From assembly GCA_051942205.1 (NCBI GenBank), contig JAVECO010000183.1, forward strand, positions 1 to 44,842: 44,842 bases of DNA, in the 5' to 3' direction. How positions within the stretch are numbered: the first letter of the stretch is position 1; every line of letters begins with the position of its first letter. This document shows, piece by piece, positions 1-11,587 of the stretch. The DNA comes from Coniocarpon cinnabarinum (taxonomy: Eukaryota). The position numbers and the translations under genes were made by a program. Under the pieces are notes generated by a model. It searched no databases. It saw nothing but the letters and a program-made list of their open reading frames with translations, and had not been told where the DNA came from.

Positions 1-1465
1 GGGGGAGGTGGGGGGAGAGCTGTCGATGTAGACGTCGGCTGTGGTGGAATTGCAGGGGCCACTGGAGCAGGCATGCTAGAGGCAACACTGTTTCCAGTAG
101 CGGCAAAACTCGTCGCCGTCGTCGTGAACGGCGGACTGGTAATTACTGCCAGAGGTGAGGGGATCACAGGCGCGACCGGAGCTGCTGGAGCAGACGAAGC
201 ATTGCTTGACGGCATGGGAGGGCCGTCAGCCGTACTTGTAGTCACGGATGTTAATGTCGTTGACGACACAACATCGCTCGTTGCAGTCGGCTGGCTTGCT
301 GGGAGACTCGTATTTGGCAGAGGTGTTGGGGTGAACCATCGTTTTGCAAGGTCCTATGGCGCAAAACGACCGAGAGCAATTTGAAGAGAGTCGTACGTAC
401 CAGCTGTAGAAGGGTTGGCCGCCGAAGACGCGCCGCTCACGGCACCGGCACCCACAGAGGAGGCACCAGATACGCCAGCGGAGCCGACAGAAGAGGCACC
501 GGATACACCTTCGGAGCCCACAGATGAAGCGCCAGAGACGCCAGCAGACCCAACTGAGGAAGCGCCAGAGACACCGCTTGACCCAGCTGCCGAGGCACCG
601 GAGACACCTTCGCTGCCAACAGAAGAGGCGCCAGAAACACCGCTCGATCCGGCACCTGAGGCACCTGCAATAGCGCCTCCCACAGCAGTGGCTGCAGCGT
701 TAGTTGCGTTGGTGGTGATTGTGGTGACCATGCCAGATCCTGAGCCTGATGCGTAAGTAGATGTGATTGTGGTCAGGCCTCCGGCTCCAGCACCTTCTCC
801 TCCCGCCGTGCCATTGGTAGTGTAGGTGGAGGTCATTCCTGACATAGACCCGGAGATATATGTGGTTGTGATGGTCATGACTCCACCCACGCCTGCTGCT
901 CCATTTCCGGTGGCAGAGGTAGACATGGGCATCGAAGAGGAGTCATTGTCATTGTCTGAACTGGAACTAGACGCAGACGCAGAGGCGCTGCTGTCTGTGG
1001 CAGTAGCCATGCCACCGCTCATAGCGCCACTGCTAGCCGTTGCGAGCGCGTCTGCCGTTACAGATTAGTCTTGAGGATACAGAGCCACCTCTGCAGCAAA
1101 TTGACGCGTGGTGAGCGGAGTGATTCGAAGGCCCACTCACTGGAACAAGAGGATGCCGCGAACTGGATAATGCTGTTGGCTGGCTCAGGGCCCCCACAAG
1201 CTTCATTGGCACAGTCGCGAACACCGAAGCCGAATCGTGGCTGGGCGCAAAAACAGTCCCAACCTTGGCCCTCACAGCCCAGTTGGGACATTGCGTTGCT
1301 GACCATGCCGTCAATGCAGGGTGCCTGTATGTTGCCGTCATTAGTCAAATGTCGAGCGGCACGCACTCCACAGGAACGAGGCAGACTTACGTAGCAGCCG
1401 AGTGATTGGACTTGGGCCAGGGCGACGCTTGCGCCGAGCATGCTGAGAGCAACTGCAGTCTTCAT
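1..1465 (-). CDS. Secreted/cell-surface CFEM-domain protein with a Ser/Thr/Gly-rich repeat stalk (3' end probably runs off the window)
   Basis: ATG at 1465 followed by signal peptide MKTAVALSMLGASVALA. Introns 1325-1390 (GTAAGT..ACTAAT..CAG) and 1052-1140 (GTGAGT..ACTAAT..CAG) join an 8-Cys CFEM pattern (CYAPC..GC..WDCFC..RDCANEAC..C) in frame to ORF 354-1022. A third donor GTACGT lies at 400; its acceptor is uncertain (299 or 354). An S/T/P-rich frame stays open to base 1. Confidence 0.85.
411..674 (-). repeat. Coding tandem repeat, 33 bp (11 aa, GVSGASSVGSx) x ~8
   Basis: Units AIAGASGAGSS / GVSGASSVGSE / GVSGASAAGSS / GVSGASSVGSA / GVSGASSVGSE / GVSGASSVGSA / GVSGASSVGAG / AVSGASSAANP. 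DNA differences between units are largely at third codon positions. Confidence 0.9.
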
Positions 1466-2852
1466 TTTGATAGGGAGCGGTGTTTAACGATGAATGCTCA
1501 GAGGGAGATGGAAGCTAGAGATATGTAGGATGCGCGAGAGGTGCAATGAAGATGCAGACGCAGGTTCAGAGGATTGGCGAATGGGGAGAGCTCGGCGTGC
1601 ACAGAGGGAGAAGGGAGGAGAGCGGGCAGGCTGGGGGAGAGGTGGTGTTTTGAGGGAAGGAGCCCGAGATGGGAAGCAATGGCGTCGATCTGGGAAGATG
1701 GCAGGTGGGACTGCATCACCGGCCAAGCTACCTAGGTGCTAGCAAACAAACGCCCGGGCCTCCGTCCAGACGAACACTCCTCGACGCCTGACAACCGCGC
1801 ATGCAAAACACGCAGCAGCGTGCTCTCTCCTGCAAATCTGGTGGCAGGCAACGGTTGGCGCGCGAGGTGGAGGAATAACGACAGGGGACCTGCTGCCGAC
1901 CACCTCGTTGCTATGCAGACCGTGCTCCCCGATCGGGAAAGGCGCCGAACACTAAACCCCGCCTGTCATCTCGTCGGCGTCGCATTGGACGACACCACCA
2001 CACCAGGAACAGGCCGTGCAGGCCTCCCCGAATCCAAGCAGTCAATTTCATGATCGTCCGCTGCAAGGTACCGCCCGCGACGCGTCCTGGCCTCTCTTGT
2101 TTCACCACAACCCTCCCCCGAGCCCCTCATCCGTCCACTGAGCATGCTCGTCGCGCTCACGACAGCGTTTCCTCCTGCATGACATCATATCCATCGACCG
2201 CTGCTGAAGTCATTGGCGCCGCCGTGCTTCACTCCCGTGCCATCGCGTCAATACTCACTGGCGCCGGTGCAGACGAGATTAAATGAAGCCAAGACCAGGC
2301 GTTGACAGTCTTGGGCGATCTTGCATGGGGCATGCCAAGTTTCGCACAGTGGCCCGCACAAGGGCCGGATCATTGGACAGGGGAGCTGCGCAACGTCATG
2401 GGTTGAGGCCCCGCTTGCATGGATTGAGACTAGGCGCGCATGGACGCCCGTGCTCCTTCGTGGTCTAGGCGCTCTTCTCCACCACCTTGGCAATCCTCCA
2501 TCTCGCCCGTTTGCCCTCGCACAGCCACAGCTCGCGGGGTCTGGCTTTGACGTCGCCTCACGAGCAATATCCATGTCAGCTGAACATGACTCGAGATTAG
2601 GCAGTCGTCGTCAGACGTAGACGTCGACTTCCTAGCATAGCGCCTACAATTTTCAACTTCAGGACTCTGCATCTTCAGGTCTTTGCATCTTTGTCAGTCT
2701 GGCTTACGAGGCGCAGCACCATGACACCACGAGAACGTTGGATCGATCGGCAATAGACCGATGCGCACGTTTCTTATTCTATCTATCAAAACACTCCAAG
2801 CTGCGCTCAACGCAATTGGCTGCACATTGATTTGACAACTCAGCCCATTAGA

Positions 2853-4357
2853 TCATGTTCTCTTGCCAAACACCTTGTCATAGTTGGTCAGCGTAAAGCG
2901 GTACCGCACATCGTTCTTGTAGACGCGCTCCACCACTTCTTTGCATCCGGCTTCGCTGATGTCAATCGGCGTAACCCAGCTCTTGATGTTCTTCTCTGAC
3001 ACCAGCTTCAACATGGCGAGCATCTCCGGTCGGTTGCCAATGTGGCTAGCGCCAATGTAGTATTGGCCTGGTGCGAAGGCTTGAGCGTCAATCGATGGGA
3101 GTGGGCTGGGTCAATGAGTCAGCCATGTTTCTTTTGATGCCAACGAAAAATGACTATGCTATTTCACGTACTGGTCTCCAAATCCCACTGTGTGGAAGCG
3201 ACCTCCGATCTTCATGGTCGTGAAGTACGCGGGTAGGTCAAACTTGTGGTAGGCATCCGCGCTATTCAGTACTGTTAGCAAACGCTCCTCATCTACATTC
3301 TAGTTGGAAGTACAAGGCGCTTACGTGTTGAGGATAAAGTCAAACTCGAACTGATGTGACTTGTGCCAGTCCTTCTCACCCGATATGATGAAGTTCTTGG
3401 CACCCAGTTTGAGAGCGTCGTCCTTCTTGCTTGGCGTATGCGAAATGACGGTGACGTCGGCACCGAGTGCTGCTGCAAACATCACGGCAAAATGACCCAG
3501 GCCACCGACTCCCACGATGGCGATGTGCTTGCCAGGACCAGCACCCAGGCGCACCAAAGGACTGTATACTGTGATGCCGGCACAAAGCATCGGCGCAGCC
3601 AGTTCAGTAGGGATGTTGTCCGGGATAGGGAAGGTAAAGTATTCGTGCGCACGAACATGCGATGAATAACCGCCCTGTGAAATGGTGCCGTCGGGGTAAG
3701 GCGACTATAATACAAAATTAGTCTACGTAGTGAGAACGTCTTAAAAAAAGTGTAGCTGCAGGACTCAATCGTGGACTGTTACTGAAGTAAGCTTACCCCA
3801 TATGTGTCAACTAGGTTTGGGCAGTAGTTTTCTTGGTCTGTACACCGTTCCGTCAGCTATCGAATATCGATACCAGTGCGGAGCTTGATAGGACTCTGCT
3901 TACCGTTCTTGCAGTTGTTGCAAGTCAAGTCGGCGGCAATCTGCGCGCCAACACCAACGCGATCTCCGACCTTGAATGTCTTGACATTTTTGCCGGTCTT
4001 GATCACTTTTCCAACAACTTCATGACCGACGCAGAGAGGTAGAGGGACCTCGCCCCAGCCTCCAGTGACAGTGTGCACGTCTGAGCCACAAACACCACAA
4101 GCTGAAGAAGCATCGAATCAGCTTCTATCTTCCTCCATACTGAAAAGACTATCAGTCAAGGAAGGGGCGAACTCACCATCCACGGCGATATCGACATCAT
4201 GATCTTCAAATGGCTTTAGCTTGACCTGTTGTCGCGATTAGCAGCGTGGTCGTCGAGCTTGAGCGCGGCGCTGAGGTCATACTTCTTGTCGCTTGAATGT
4301 GGACCAGTTCTTCTGGTCAGTGATGGTAAAGGCGTCGGTAGTCTCTGGGTAAGGCAT
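2853..4357 (-). CDS. NADPH-dependent Zn-binding alcohol dehydrogenase, cinnamyl alcohol dehydrogenase/ADH6-like (MDR), ~361 aa
   Basis: 7 exons; introns 4226-4282, 4102-4176, 3838-3903, 3705-3796, 3262-3324, 3106-3171 all keep frame. Motifs [37 protein letters not shown] and C-terminal DVRYRF. Confidence 0.93.
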
Positions 4358-5323
4358 GTTGACTTGATTGCAAAGCACGCAGTGTTTCCAACGACGGCAG
4401 GAGGTATTTCGATGGTGTCAGTATGAAAAGTCAGAACGCAGAATCGGAGGCGGGTGAAGAGTAAGTATGTCGAGGTGTGGATGTATTGGCGTGGACGGAA
4501 AATTGCTGAAAAATTCAGTGTGCGGTTGCGTTTGGCATTCTCCACAAGACAGCCCGATCGAAAGATCTGTACGGACCGTTGCTGCCATTGGAGCTGTTCG
4601 GACATAGCCCTCTGGCAAAGCATTGGATGACGCGCTCGAAGGTATAGTGGTGGGTGGGTGGGGCAGAGCCGCAGCGGCCGGTGCAAAGGCCAGCGAGCCC
4701 CAGAGCATCACGTGATCGTCTACCTACTGGAGCGACGACGACGGTAAAGAACCCTAAGCAGGTACCCGGGCGAGTAGCGAGTACCTAGGTACCTACATAA
4801 GGCGGGGGCGGTTTAGTTGACACTACCGGTCTTAGCTTGACATGACGCTCCACACATTCCTAAGACGCGCTCAAAGGACCAGACGGTCTCGACTCGTGTC
4901 TTTCTGGGCCGTCTGAGCACGTGAGCGGGCACGCTCAGGGTCGAGGTGAAGTCAAGAATGGCATTGCACCCGCTATTCCCCTCCTCGATTCAAGAGCCAA
5001 GGTCTATGCAACCTGCCCCAATGCCTAGAGTATCTTTGCAAGGGTTTCGGGTTTTCCCCGCCAACCACGTTGCCGACAGGATGGTGCCCGCGGATGATGG
5101 CCTCAGCCACGCCTTGTCTGCAGTCTTGGTCGTCGGTCACATCCTACGAACGGAAACGTCTGACGAAGGCGCTGCCTTCAGACCCCGCACGTCCGCGCGC
5201 TCACAATGCGGGGACCGACGACCCCCATCCCAATTCCAGGGTGTCTCTGGCGTCGCCACCGCGAACACCCACGACCGTCTCTGTAGATACTGATTGTTTT
5301 GTTGATTGGAAGCGTTGCACATC
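4358..5323. promoter_or_regulatory. Divergent intergenic/promoter region shared by two MDR dehydrogenase genes
   Basis: Head-to-head ATGs at 4357 (-) and 5324 (+). Contains palindromic ATCACGTGAT (4707-4716), CACGTG (4918-4923) and GTACCTAGGTAC (4781-4792). Confidence 0.55.
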
Positions 5324-6835
5324 ATGCCTGCCACTCAGCGAGCTGTCGTTTTTCATGGGAAGGGTGACATCCGGATTGAGGATGTCGAGATTCCGCATTG
5401 TAGCCCAGGCCGTGTGAAGGTAGTTCTGAAAAAGGACCCGGGGTGCCAGTCGTGATTAACATTTTGCAAGGTCAAACCAGTCTTTTGCGGCATCTGCGGC
5501 ACTGGTAGGCCACTGTCGGCCCGGCGTCGAGCATTGGGTGCTTGCTCATGTGTGATCCAGACCTTCACGAGTACCTTGGGGGACCTAACATGTGTCCCAC
5601 CACAACTCACCCAATCACGGGCACTTGCGTTCCCCTTACCTTTGGACATGAATTCAGTGCCATTGTGGAAGAGGTGGGCGAAGGCGTCATCAAATTTAAG
5701 CCAGGAGATCGTGTTGTCGTAGAACGTGGGTTTCAATCTCCCGCGAATGCATCCTGAGAAAGTTATTTGCTGACACATTGACCTTATAGCAATCATTTGG
5801 GACGGAACATGTGGACCGTGCAGGGCGGGCTTCCACAATTGCTGTGACAAAGGCGGTTTTGTTGGCTTGAGTGGTAAATGCGTGACGAAATTGTCGCATT
5901 CAAAAAGCAAAAAAGTTGGCTAAAATTCCATAGGATGGGGTGGAGGTCTCTCGGAGCATTGCGTTGTTCCAGAGACCAGCTTATACAAACTTCCAGACAA
6001 TGTGTCTATGGAGAACGGCGGTGAGGAAGGCCCGGTCGTTCACGCACAAGAAAGATGTATCACTAACAGCGGCCAGCACTCGTCGAGCCGCTGGCGGTGG
6101 GATGGCATGCTGTTAAAACGAGTCAATTGAAGCCAAATGATGCTGCGCTCGTTCTTGGAGGTGGTCCGATTGGTCTATCCGTTATCCAGGCGCTCAAAGC
6201 CCAAGGCATTCGGACCATCATTGTCAGCGAAATTGCTGCGAAGCGCAAGCAATTTGCGCAGGATTTTGGAGCTACGCATATAATTGATCCCACACAGACC
6301 AACCTTGCAGAATGGGTCAAATCGATCACAGACGGGCAAGGAGTGCCAGTGGTGTTTGACGCTGCGGGTGTTCAAGGTGCGCTTGAAGACGCTCTCAACT
6401 GTCTTCGCGTTCGTGGCTTGCTCGTAAACATTGCAATTTGGGTGAGCGACCTATCTCACATTGGCGGCATCTCTCAACACGCTCTCTTACAGCGTACATG
6501 CAGGAACGCCCCGCTCAGTTCAATGCCACCAAAGTTCTCTTGAAGGAGAAGCGGTATCAAGGCATCGTCACCTACCATCGCGGGGACTTCCAAGACGTGC
6601 TAGACGCCATCGCCTCGGGCCGCATGAAGCCTGAAGGCATGATCACGAAGAAGATCACCATGGATGACGTGATCGAGGGGGGTTTTCATACACTTATTCA
6701 CGACAAGGTTCGTTGATGTTTTGAAGTGAGGTTGCCGTGAACTGCACTGACAACCCAATTTTGCAGGCAAACCAGGTCAAGATCCTGGTCGATTTGGGGG
6801 CCCAACGTGATAACAGGGCGGAAGCCAAACTGTGA
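5324..6835 (+). CDS. (R,R)-butanediol dehydrogenase/threonine dehydrogenase-like Zn-MDR, ~367 aa, with C-terminal PTS1 (-AKL)
   Basis: 8 exons; introns 5420-5470, 5505-5560, 5726-5789, 5874-5933, 6021-6076, 6442-6503, 6708-6766. Motifs CGICGTDLHEY, GHEFS, DGTCGPC..NCC, ALVEPLAVGWHAV, GGGPIG. Ends QVKILVDLGAQRDNRAEAKL*. Confidence 0.92.
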
Positions 6836-7625
6836 TGCACCTCTGGCACACAGCCTCTATGGAGCCGAGGCCGGACCGTCGAGCAGGGGTTCCGGACGAG
6901 AGTGCTGACCGCAGCATCATGCAATGCTTTACGAGGTGTAGGGGTGTTCCACCGTCATGCATATGTAGCACTGGGACATGCTATGCCATGATGCTAGGAG
7001 GCTCCTCCTCTCATTTTGTACCTCGCTACGGAGTAACGACTTCCCTTTATACTTCTCGGAGCATGTTGTGCATGCCATGCGCGTGCGGAGGGGGATTGCG
7101 GATACCGAGACGCTACTATAAACGTCTATTCACGGTCGCACCGTGTGAAAGTGGCGCGTGGGGTGTTTGCAGTTTAGGGGGCACGACATGGGAGGATGTA
7201 TGACTGCTGGGCTGCTGAGTTGCTGTGCCGCAGTGCCGGGTTGCCGTCGAGCGACGCCACACGCTCGGCCATGAGGCTGTGATGAAATCGGCCAGATCGG
7301 GAAAGGTCTCTTGCCCGATCATGTTGCGGCTAACGTCATACCCGCCGCTAAGGCCTGCAAGCTTCGACGCAATTTCCTTGGAAGTCGGTCACAAGCCTCG
7401 ACGCGTCCAACTACCTGCGCACCGCCAATTCTTCTAAATTCACAGCAGTGCGCCACCACGCTCCTTCCTTTGCTCCCTCTTCTCCTGCGTCTTTTCTTCA
7501 AGTCTTTCAAGGCCGCCGAGCTGCCGTCCAGCCCTTGCATCGCTCTTCTTCCACCAGCTACCACTCCCCTCACACGCTTGCTTGAGTGGTACAATTATCC
7601 CCTGTGATCTCAGCACTCCGACGAC

Positions 7626-8596
7626 ATGGGTGTGTTCGGTGGAGGCTTCCTTCGCCTCCTGGCTACGGTTCTCTACGCAATTGAATTCTGTTGCGCCGCC
7701 ATCGTCCTCGGCATCTACTCCTACTTCTTGGCTTTGCTCAAGAACCACCATTTTGGCATCGCACGCCAGTGGAAAGCGGTGGAGGGACTCAGCGGGGCGG
7801 CTTGTCTGTACGGCATATTCACCGTTCTCTTGACGTGCTTCCTTGGAGGCATCTCCTTCTTCGCCTTCCTAGCAGTGATCCTGGACATTGCGTTTGCAGG
7901 AGCCTTTGTTGCGCTCGCGGTGTTGACCCGAGACGGTGCGGAAAGCTGCTCAGGAACTGTCGACACCCCTTTTGGCACCGGCAATGCCAGTGCATCTGCG
8001 GGTGGATTTGGTCCAAATGGATTTGGTACTGATGGTGGAGAGGCGGTGACGTACCTGCCGACTTACGGCTATATCTGCCGCCTCAATTCGGCCGCTTTTG
8101 CTGTGTCTATTCTTGGAGCGTAAGTGATGAAATATGCTCAACATGTAGTCAATATCTGATTTCGGTGGCTAGAATTTTGTTTGTCATCAGCGCTGGGCTT
8201 CAGATCTGGGTTGCTCGACACCACCGAAAGGAGAAGCGCTACGGGCCCTCTCCGTCAAACAACTACACATCAGGCTCTGGAAGGCGCAAGTTCTGGCAAA
8301 GGAAACGGAAATCCCCAGGCAGCACCTATACCCGGGACGCTGAGATGGCTCCTGTTGCTGCTGGTGCCGCAGGAGCGCCAGCTACAAACAGCCACCCATC
8401 CACAGGCCCCGCTTATGATGGCCGACCGTCTGTAGAGACAGGTTATACCGGTACGACGCAAGGCAACAGTGATTATTACGGAGGTTCCACGAACAAGTAC
8501 GAACCCCATACTGGCTATCACACTGGTCCCACAGGCACTGCTGTGAACCCGTACGGGTACGACACCGCACAGCGCGGCACGGCGAGCAACTTCTAA
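7626..8596 (+). CDS. MARVEL-domain tetraspan membrane protein, ~305 aa
   Basis: Intron 8120-8172 (GTAAGT..CTGAT..TAG) joins ORFs 7626 and 8165 in frame. Four hydrophobic helices, then the typical fungal tail KEKRYGPSPSNNYTSG. Confidence 0.85.
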
Positions 8597-8906
8597 AAAT
8601 CGTGGCTTCCGAGACCCAATATGCCCTCGGCAAGCCGGGAGAAATGTGCAGCCGTGAGAATCATTGATCTGGCTGTGCAAGGGTTCACTTTCAGCTCATT
8701 CATACTGTCTGTTTTGGAGAGCCAAGGCGCTGTGAGCAAAGGCTGTCAAGACTAGCCATTTCGAGCATGTTTTATAGCGTTTCTCGTTTGATATTATACC
8801 CCTCCGTAATCATGAGTGACGACGAGCAAGTAATATTGAAATGGAAATTGAAGGAATTACACACATCAGTCTTACTCCGCTGCTGCTGCTGTCGGTAGCA
8901 GGATTG

Positions 8907-9316
8907 TCACTGCTTTGCTCCATTGACGACGTCTTTCAAGACACCCTCTAAGGACTCATTTCTTCTCGCTAACATCAGTGCATCTTCCTTTGTAACCGTC
9001 GTGCGCCCGGCATGCCTGTCAATACATCAGCCCCTCTTCACAGAACCCCTGACGCGTCTCGACGCGTCTCTATTTCCCTCCATCTCGACTTCCAATGTCG
9101 TATTCGCATGTCATAATCATCAACGTACCGTGCGAATGCCTCCGTTTCCTCCGCTGCCATTTTGATCTGCGCATAGACGAGTTCGTTGAGCGCGCCGATG
9201 AATTTGCTGGTTGGTGTGGTGCTGTGGGGGAGGTTGGCGCAGAGGGAGTCGACGAGTGCCCCGATGGAGGCCCAGAGGGCGGCTTTGAGGTCTGATTCTT
9301 CTTGTGCTGTTGGCAT
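8907..9316 (-). CDS. MHF1: Centromere protein S / MHF histone-fold subunit 1, ~98 aa
   Basis: Intron 9016-9128 (GTACGT..GCTGAT..CAG). Spliced protein LKAALWASIG..FIGALNELVYAQI..EAFARHAGRTTVTKEDALMLARRNESL matches the CENP-S histone fold. Confidence 0.9.
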
Positions 9317-9434
9317 TGTTGTTTTCGTGTTAATGAAGTCGTTATGTTATTAAGATCTTGGAGGCGGGGATGTCAAACTGAAGCAGGGTGGAGAAAGCAC
9401 GCGCCGGAAGATCACGAACTGGGGCGTAGCCCGT

Positions 9435-9455
9435 GAGGAGGAGGAGGAGGAGGAG
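9435..9455. repeat. (GAG)7 microsatellite
   Basis: Perfect trinucleotide run between LSM1 and MHF1 (a CT-rich tract on the MHF1 sense strand). Confidence 0.9.
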
Positions 9456-9697
9456 GGGAAAAAGAGATACACATCAATTTCGCTGAGAATGTTTGCATTT
9501 GTAATCATTGCTCTGATACTAGCTAGTCGACTGCATGCCAAAACAGCTTGCATCGTTAACGCTGTCGCGACGCCCTGTGTAAAAAGTCGAGCGTTTCGAT
9601 CAGCCGAGCAAAGGCTTTCCATTACCTTCGCTCTGTCCCCTTGCGCACCCTGTAACAACAACCACGACCGACGTCCCATGTCGCATGTCAGATGTCA

Positions 9698-10292
9698 TCA
9701 CAGCACCGCCTCCCCACTCCTCTCCCCCTCAAACCCCAGCCTCTTCAACCCCCTCAAACCCTTCGACAAATCCCGCTTCCTCTCCTCATCCTCGCGCTTC
9801 TTCAACGCGCGTACCTCCGCCAAGTCCCCGCGCTGCCACGGCTCAGGCACGAATTCATCCCCATCGCGATCCAAGTCGATCTCACCCATCAACATGGTGT
9901 TCTCCCCGCGCACGACGAAAACACCCTGTGGCACATCTGCGTAGACTTTCGGGAGATCCTCATGCGTCACGAAGATGCGCTCGTAGCTATCCTGCAGGAC
10001 GAGGTTGCCGAACTGGTCCCAGGAGCGGAGGATGCCAATGATTTTGCGGCCGTCGCGGAGGGTCGTGAGGAGTTTTTCTAAGAAGACGCGTGCATTTAGT
10101 ACGAGCGTGTAGATCGGTCAAGTATGGAGTCTGCCTACTGTCGGTGAGGTCGAGTAAGCTGGCGGCTGTGGTAAACATTTGTGGTGGCAGTTGCTGTGGG
10201 ACTGCGGACGGTGGAGCGGCGGCTGCGGCGCTGCCATGGCGCTGCTGAGGTGGGCCTGGACCGGCGTTATCGTGGATGCTGAGCTTTTCCAT
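9698..10292 (-). CDS. LSM1: Sm-like protein Lsm1 (mRNA decapping activator), ~177 aa
   Basis: Intron 10078-10138. Spliced sequence MFTTAASLLDLTDKKLLTTLRDGRKIIGILRSWDQFGNLVLQDSYER..VRGEN..GEIDLD carries the Lsm1 Sm1/Sm2 motifs. Confidence 0.95.
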
Positions 10293-10573
10293 GTATTATC
10301 ATGGGTGGTGTAAGGAGCGACGGTGTTTAAAGAGCGCGTGTTGTGAAGCGGCGTGGTGAAAGCTGATCAGTGTGACGAAGTTTGAATAGCGAATCATCGT
10401 CATTCGGCTGGGCTAACCCAGTTGGGCTCTCGGAGATTACGGATCCGAACCTAGCCATTGAGTTTAAATGAGTGAGAGCTTGGATAAGTTCACGAGAGCG
10501 TTCTCATGGAGGGCTTAAGGTTGTCAGCTGTACTTATATCAACGCAGGCTGATGTGAGGAAAGCTCGACGGAC

Positions 10574-11587
10574 ATGTCATTGCTATGGCGCTTCTTCAAG
10601 AACAAGTGGTATCCACCGACCAATCATAACGAGATCTCGTTTACAGGCAAGACTGTACTGGTCACAGGATCAAGCGGCGGCCTTGGAGCTGAAGCGGCGA
10701 AGAAATTCGCAGCTCAAGATGCGGCGCGCATCATACTAGCCGTGCGAAAAATACAGAAGGGAGAGCAAGTCCGTGCCATTGTCCAAGATGCTGCATCAGA
10801 TCCAGACTGTAAGGTGGAGGTCTGGACGCTTGACATGATGGACTACAACTCCCTGAAGGAATTTGCTGAGCGTTGCAAAGCTGACCTCGAGCGCTTGGAT
10901 ATTGCGGTTTTGAATGCCGGGGTCTGGAACGCGGAGTATAGGCAGAGCCAGTACGGCTGGGAAGAATCTCTGCAGGTCAACACGATATCCACGGCGCTCC
11001 TCGCCTTGCTTCTTCTACCCAAGCTGAAAGACTCAAAAACCGCTACAAACACACCCGTACTCGAATTCGTAAGCAGTGGGCGGCTCTACACGGCCGACAT
11101 AACACATGAGCAGAAAAATGACGCGGACGTGAACATTCTCGAGTTCTTTAATCAGGAACACGACTACGACGGCGGCAAGTCGTACCGCACCAGTAAATCC
11201 TTCCTCATGTGTTTCGCTAAGGTGCTCGCATCACGCCTCCGACCAGGTCCGGAGCAGTCAGCCGAGATCCAGGTCATGTCAGTTTGTCCCGGCTTCTGCT
11301 CATCAGATCTGTTGCGAGACCTGGCTGGTTGGCCGATGCAAGCTGCCAAATACTTTGCAAGCTTTGTTCTCTTACGCTCGACTGAGGAAGGTTCTCGCAT
11401 CATCATTAGTGGGACAGCTCAAGGCCATGCCGGCCACGGCGAGTTTTGGCAAAACGACGTCATCAGAGAAACACCACGTTTGCTCGAGGGTGAGGCTGGG
11501 CAGAGGCTTGCGCTCAAGGTATACCATGAAATCGTGAGCACGACTGAGAAAGAAGTGCCGGAGACGCGAAGCCTTGCACTTGACTGA
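10574..11587 (+). CDS. Short-chain dehydrogenase/reductase (retinol dehydrogenase/WWOX-like), 337 aa
   Basis: Single ORF with TGSSGGLG, LDIAVLNAG, VN, SS and catalytic YRTSK, plus VCPG. Divergent from LSM1 across 281 bp. Confidence 0.92.
   Translation: MSLLWRFFKNKWYPPTNHNEISFTGKTVLVTGSSGGLGAEAAKKFAAQDAARIILAVRKIQKGEQVRAIVQDAASDPDCKVEVWTLDMMDYNSLKEFAERCKADLERLDIAVLNAGVWNAEYRQSQYGWEESLQVNTISTALLALLLLPKLKDSKTATNTPVLEFVSSGRLYTADITHEQKNDADVNILEFFNQEHDYDGGKSYRTSKSFLMCFAKVLASRLRPGPEQSAEIQVMSVCPGFCSSDLLRDLAGWPMQAAKYFASFVLLRSTEEGSRIIISGTAQGHAGHGEFWQNDVIRETPRLLEGEAGQRLALKVYHEIVSTTEKEVPETRSLALD

Noticed and set aside
411..674. 33-bp periodic repeat as a CRISPR array
   Set aside because: Units are contiguous with no unique spacers, lie in a coding frame, and the context is eukaryotic with no cas genes.
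415..756. + strand ORF with PTEEAPET repeats
   Set aside because: Antisense shadow of the CFEM 11-aa repeat. The minus strand has the signal peptide, the introns and the domain.
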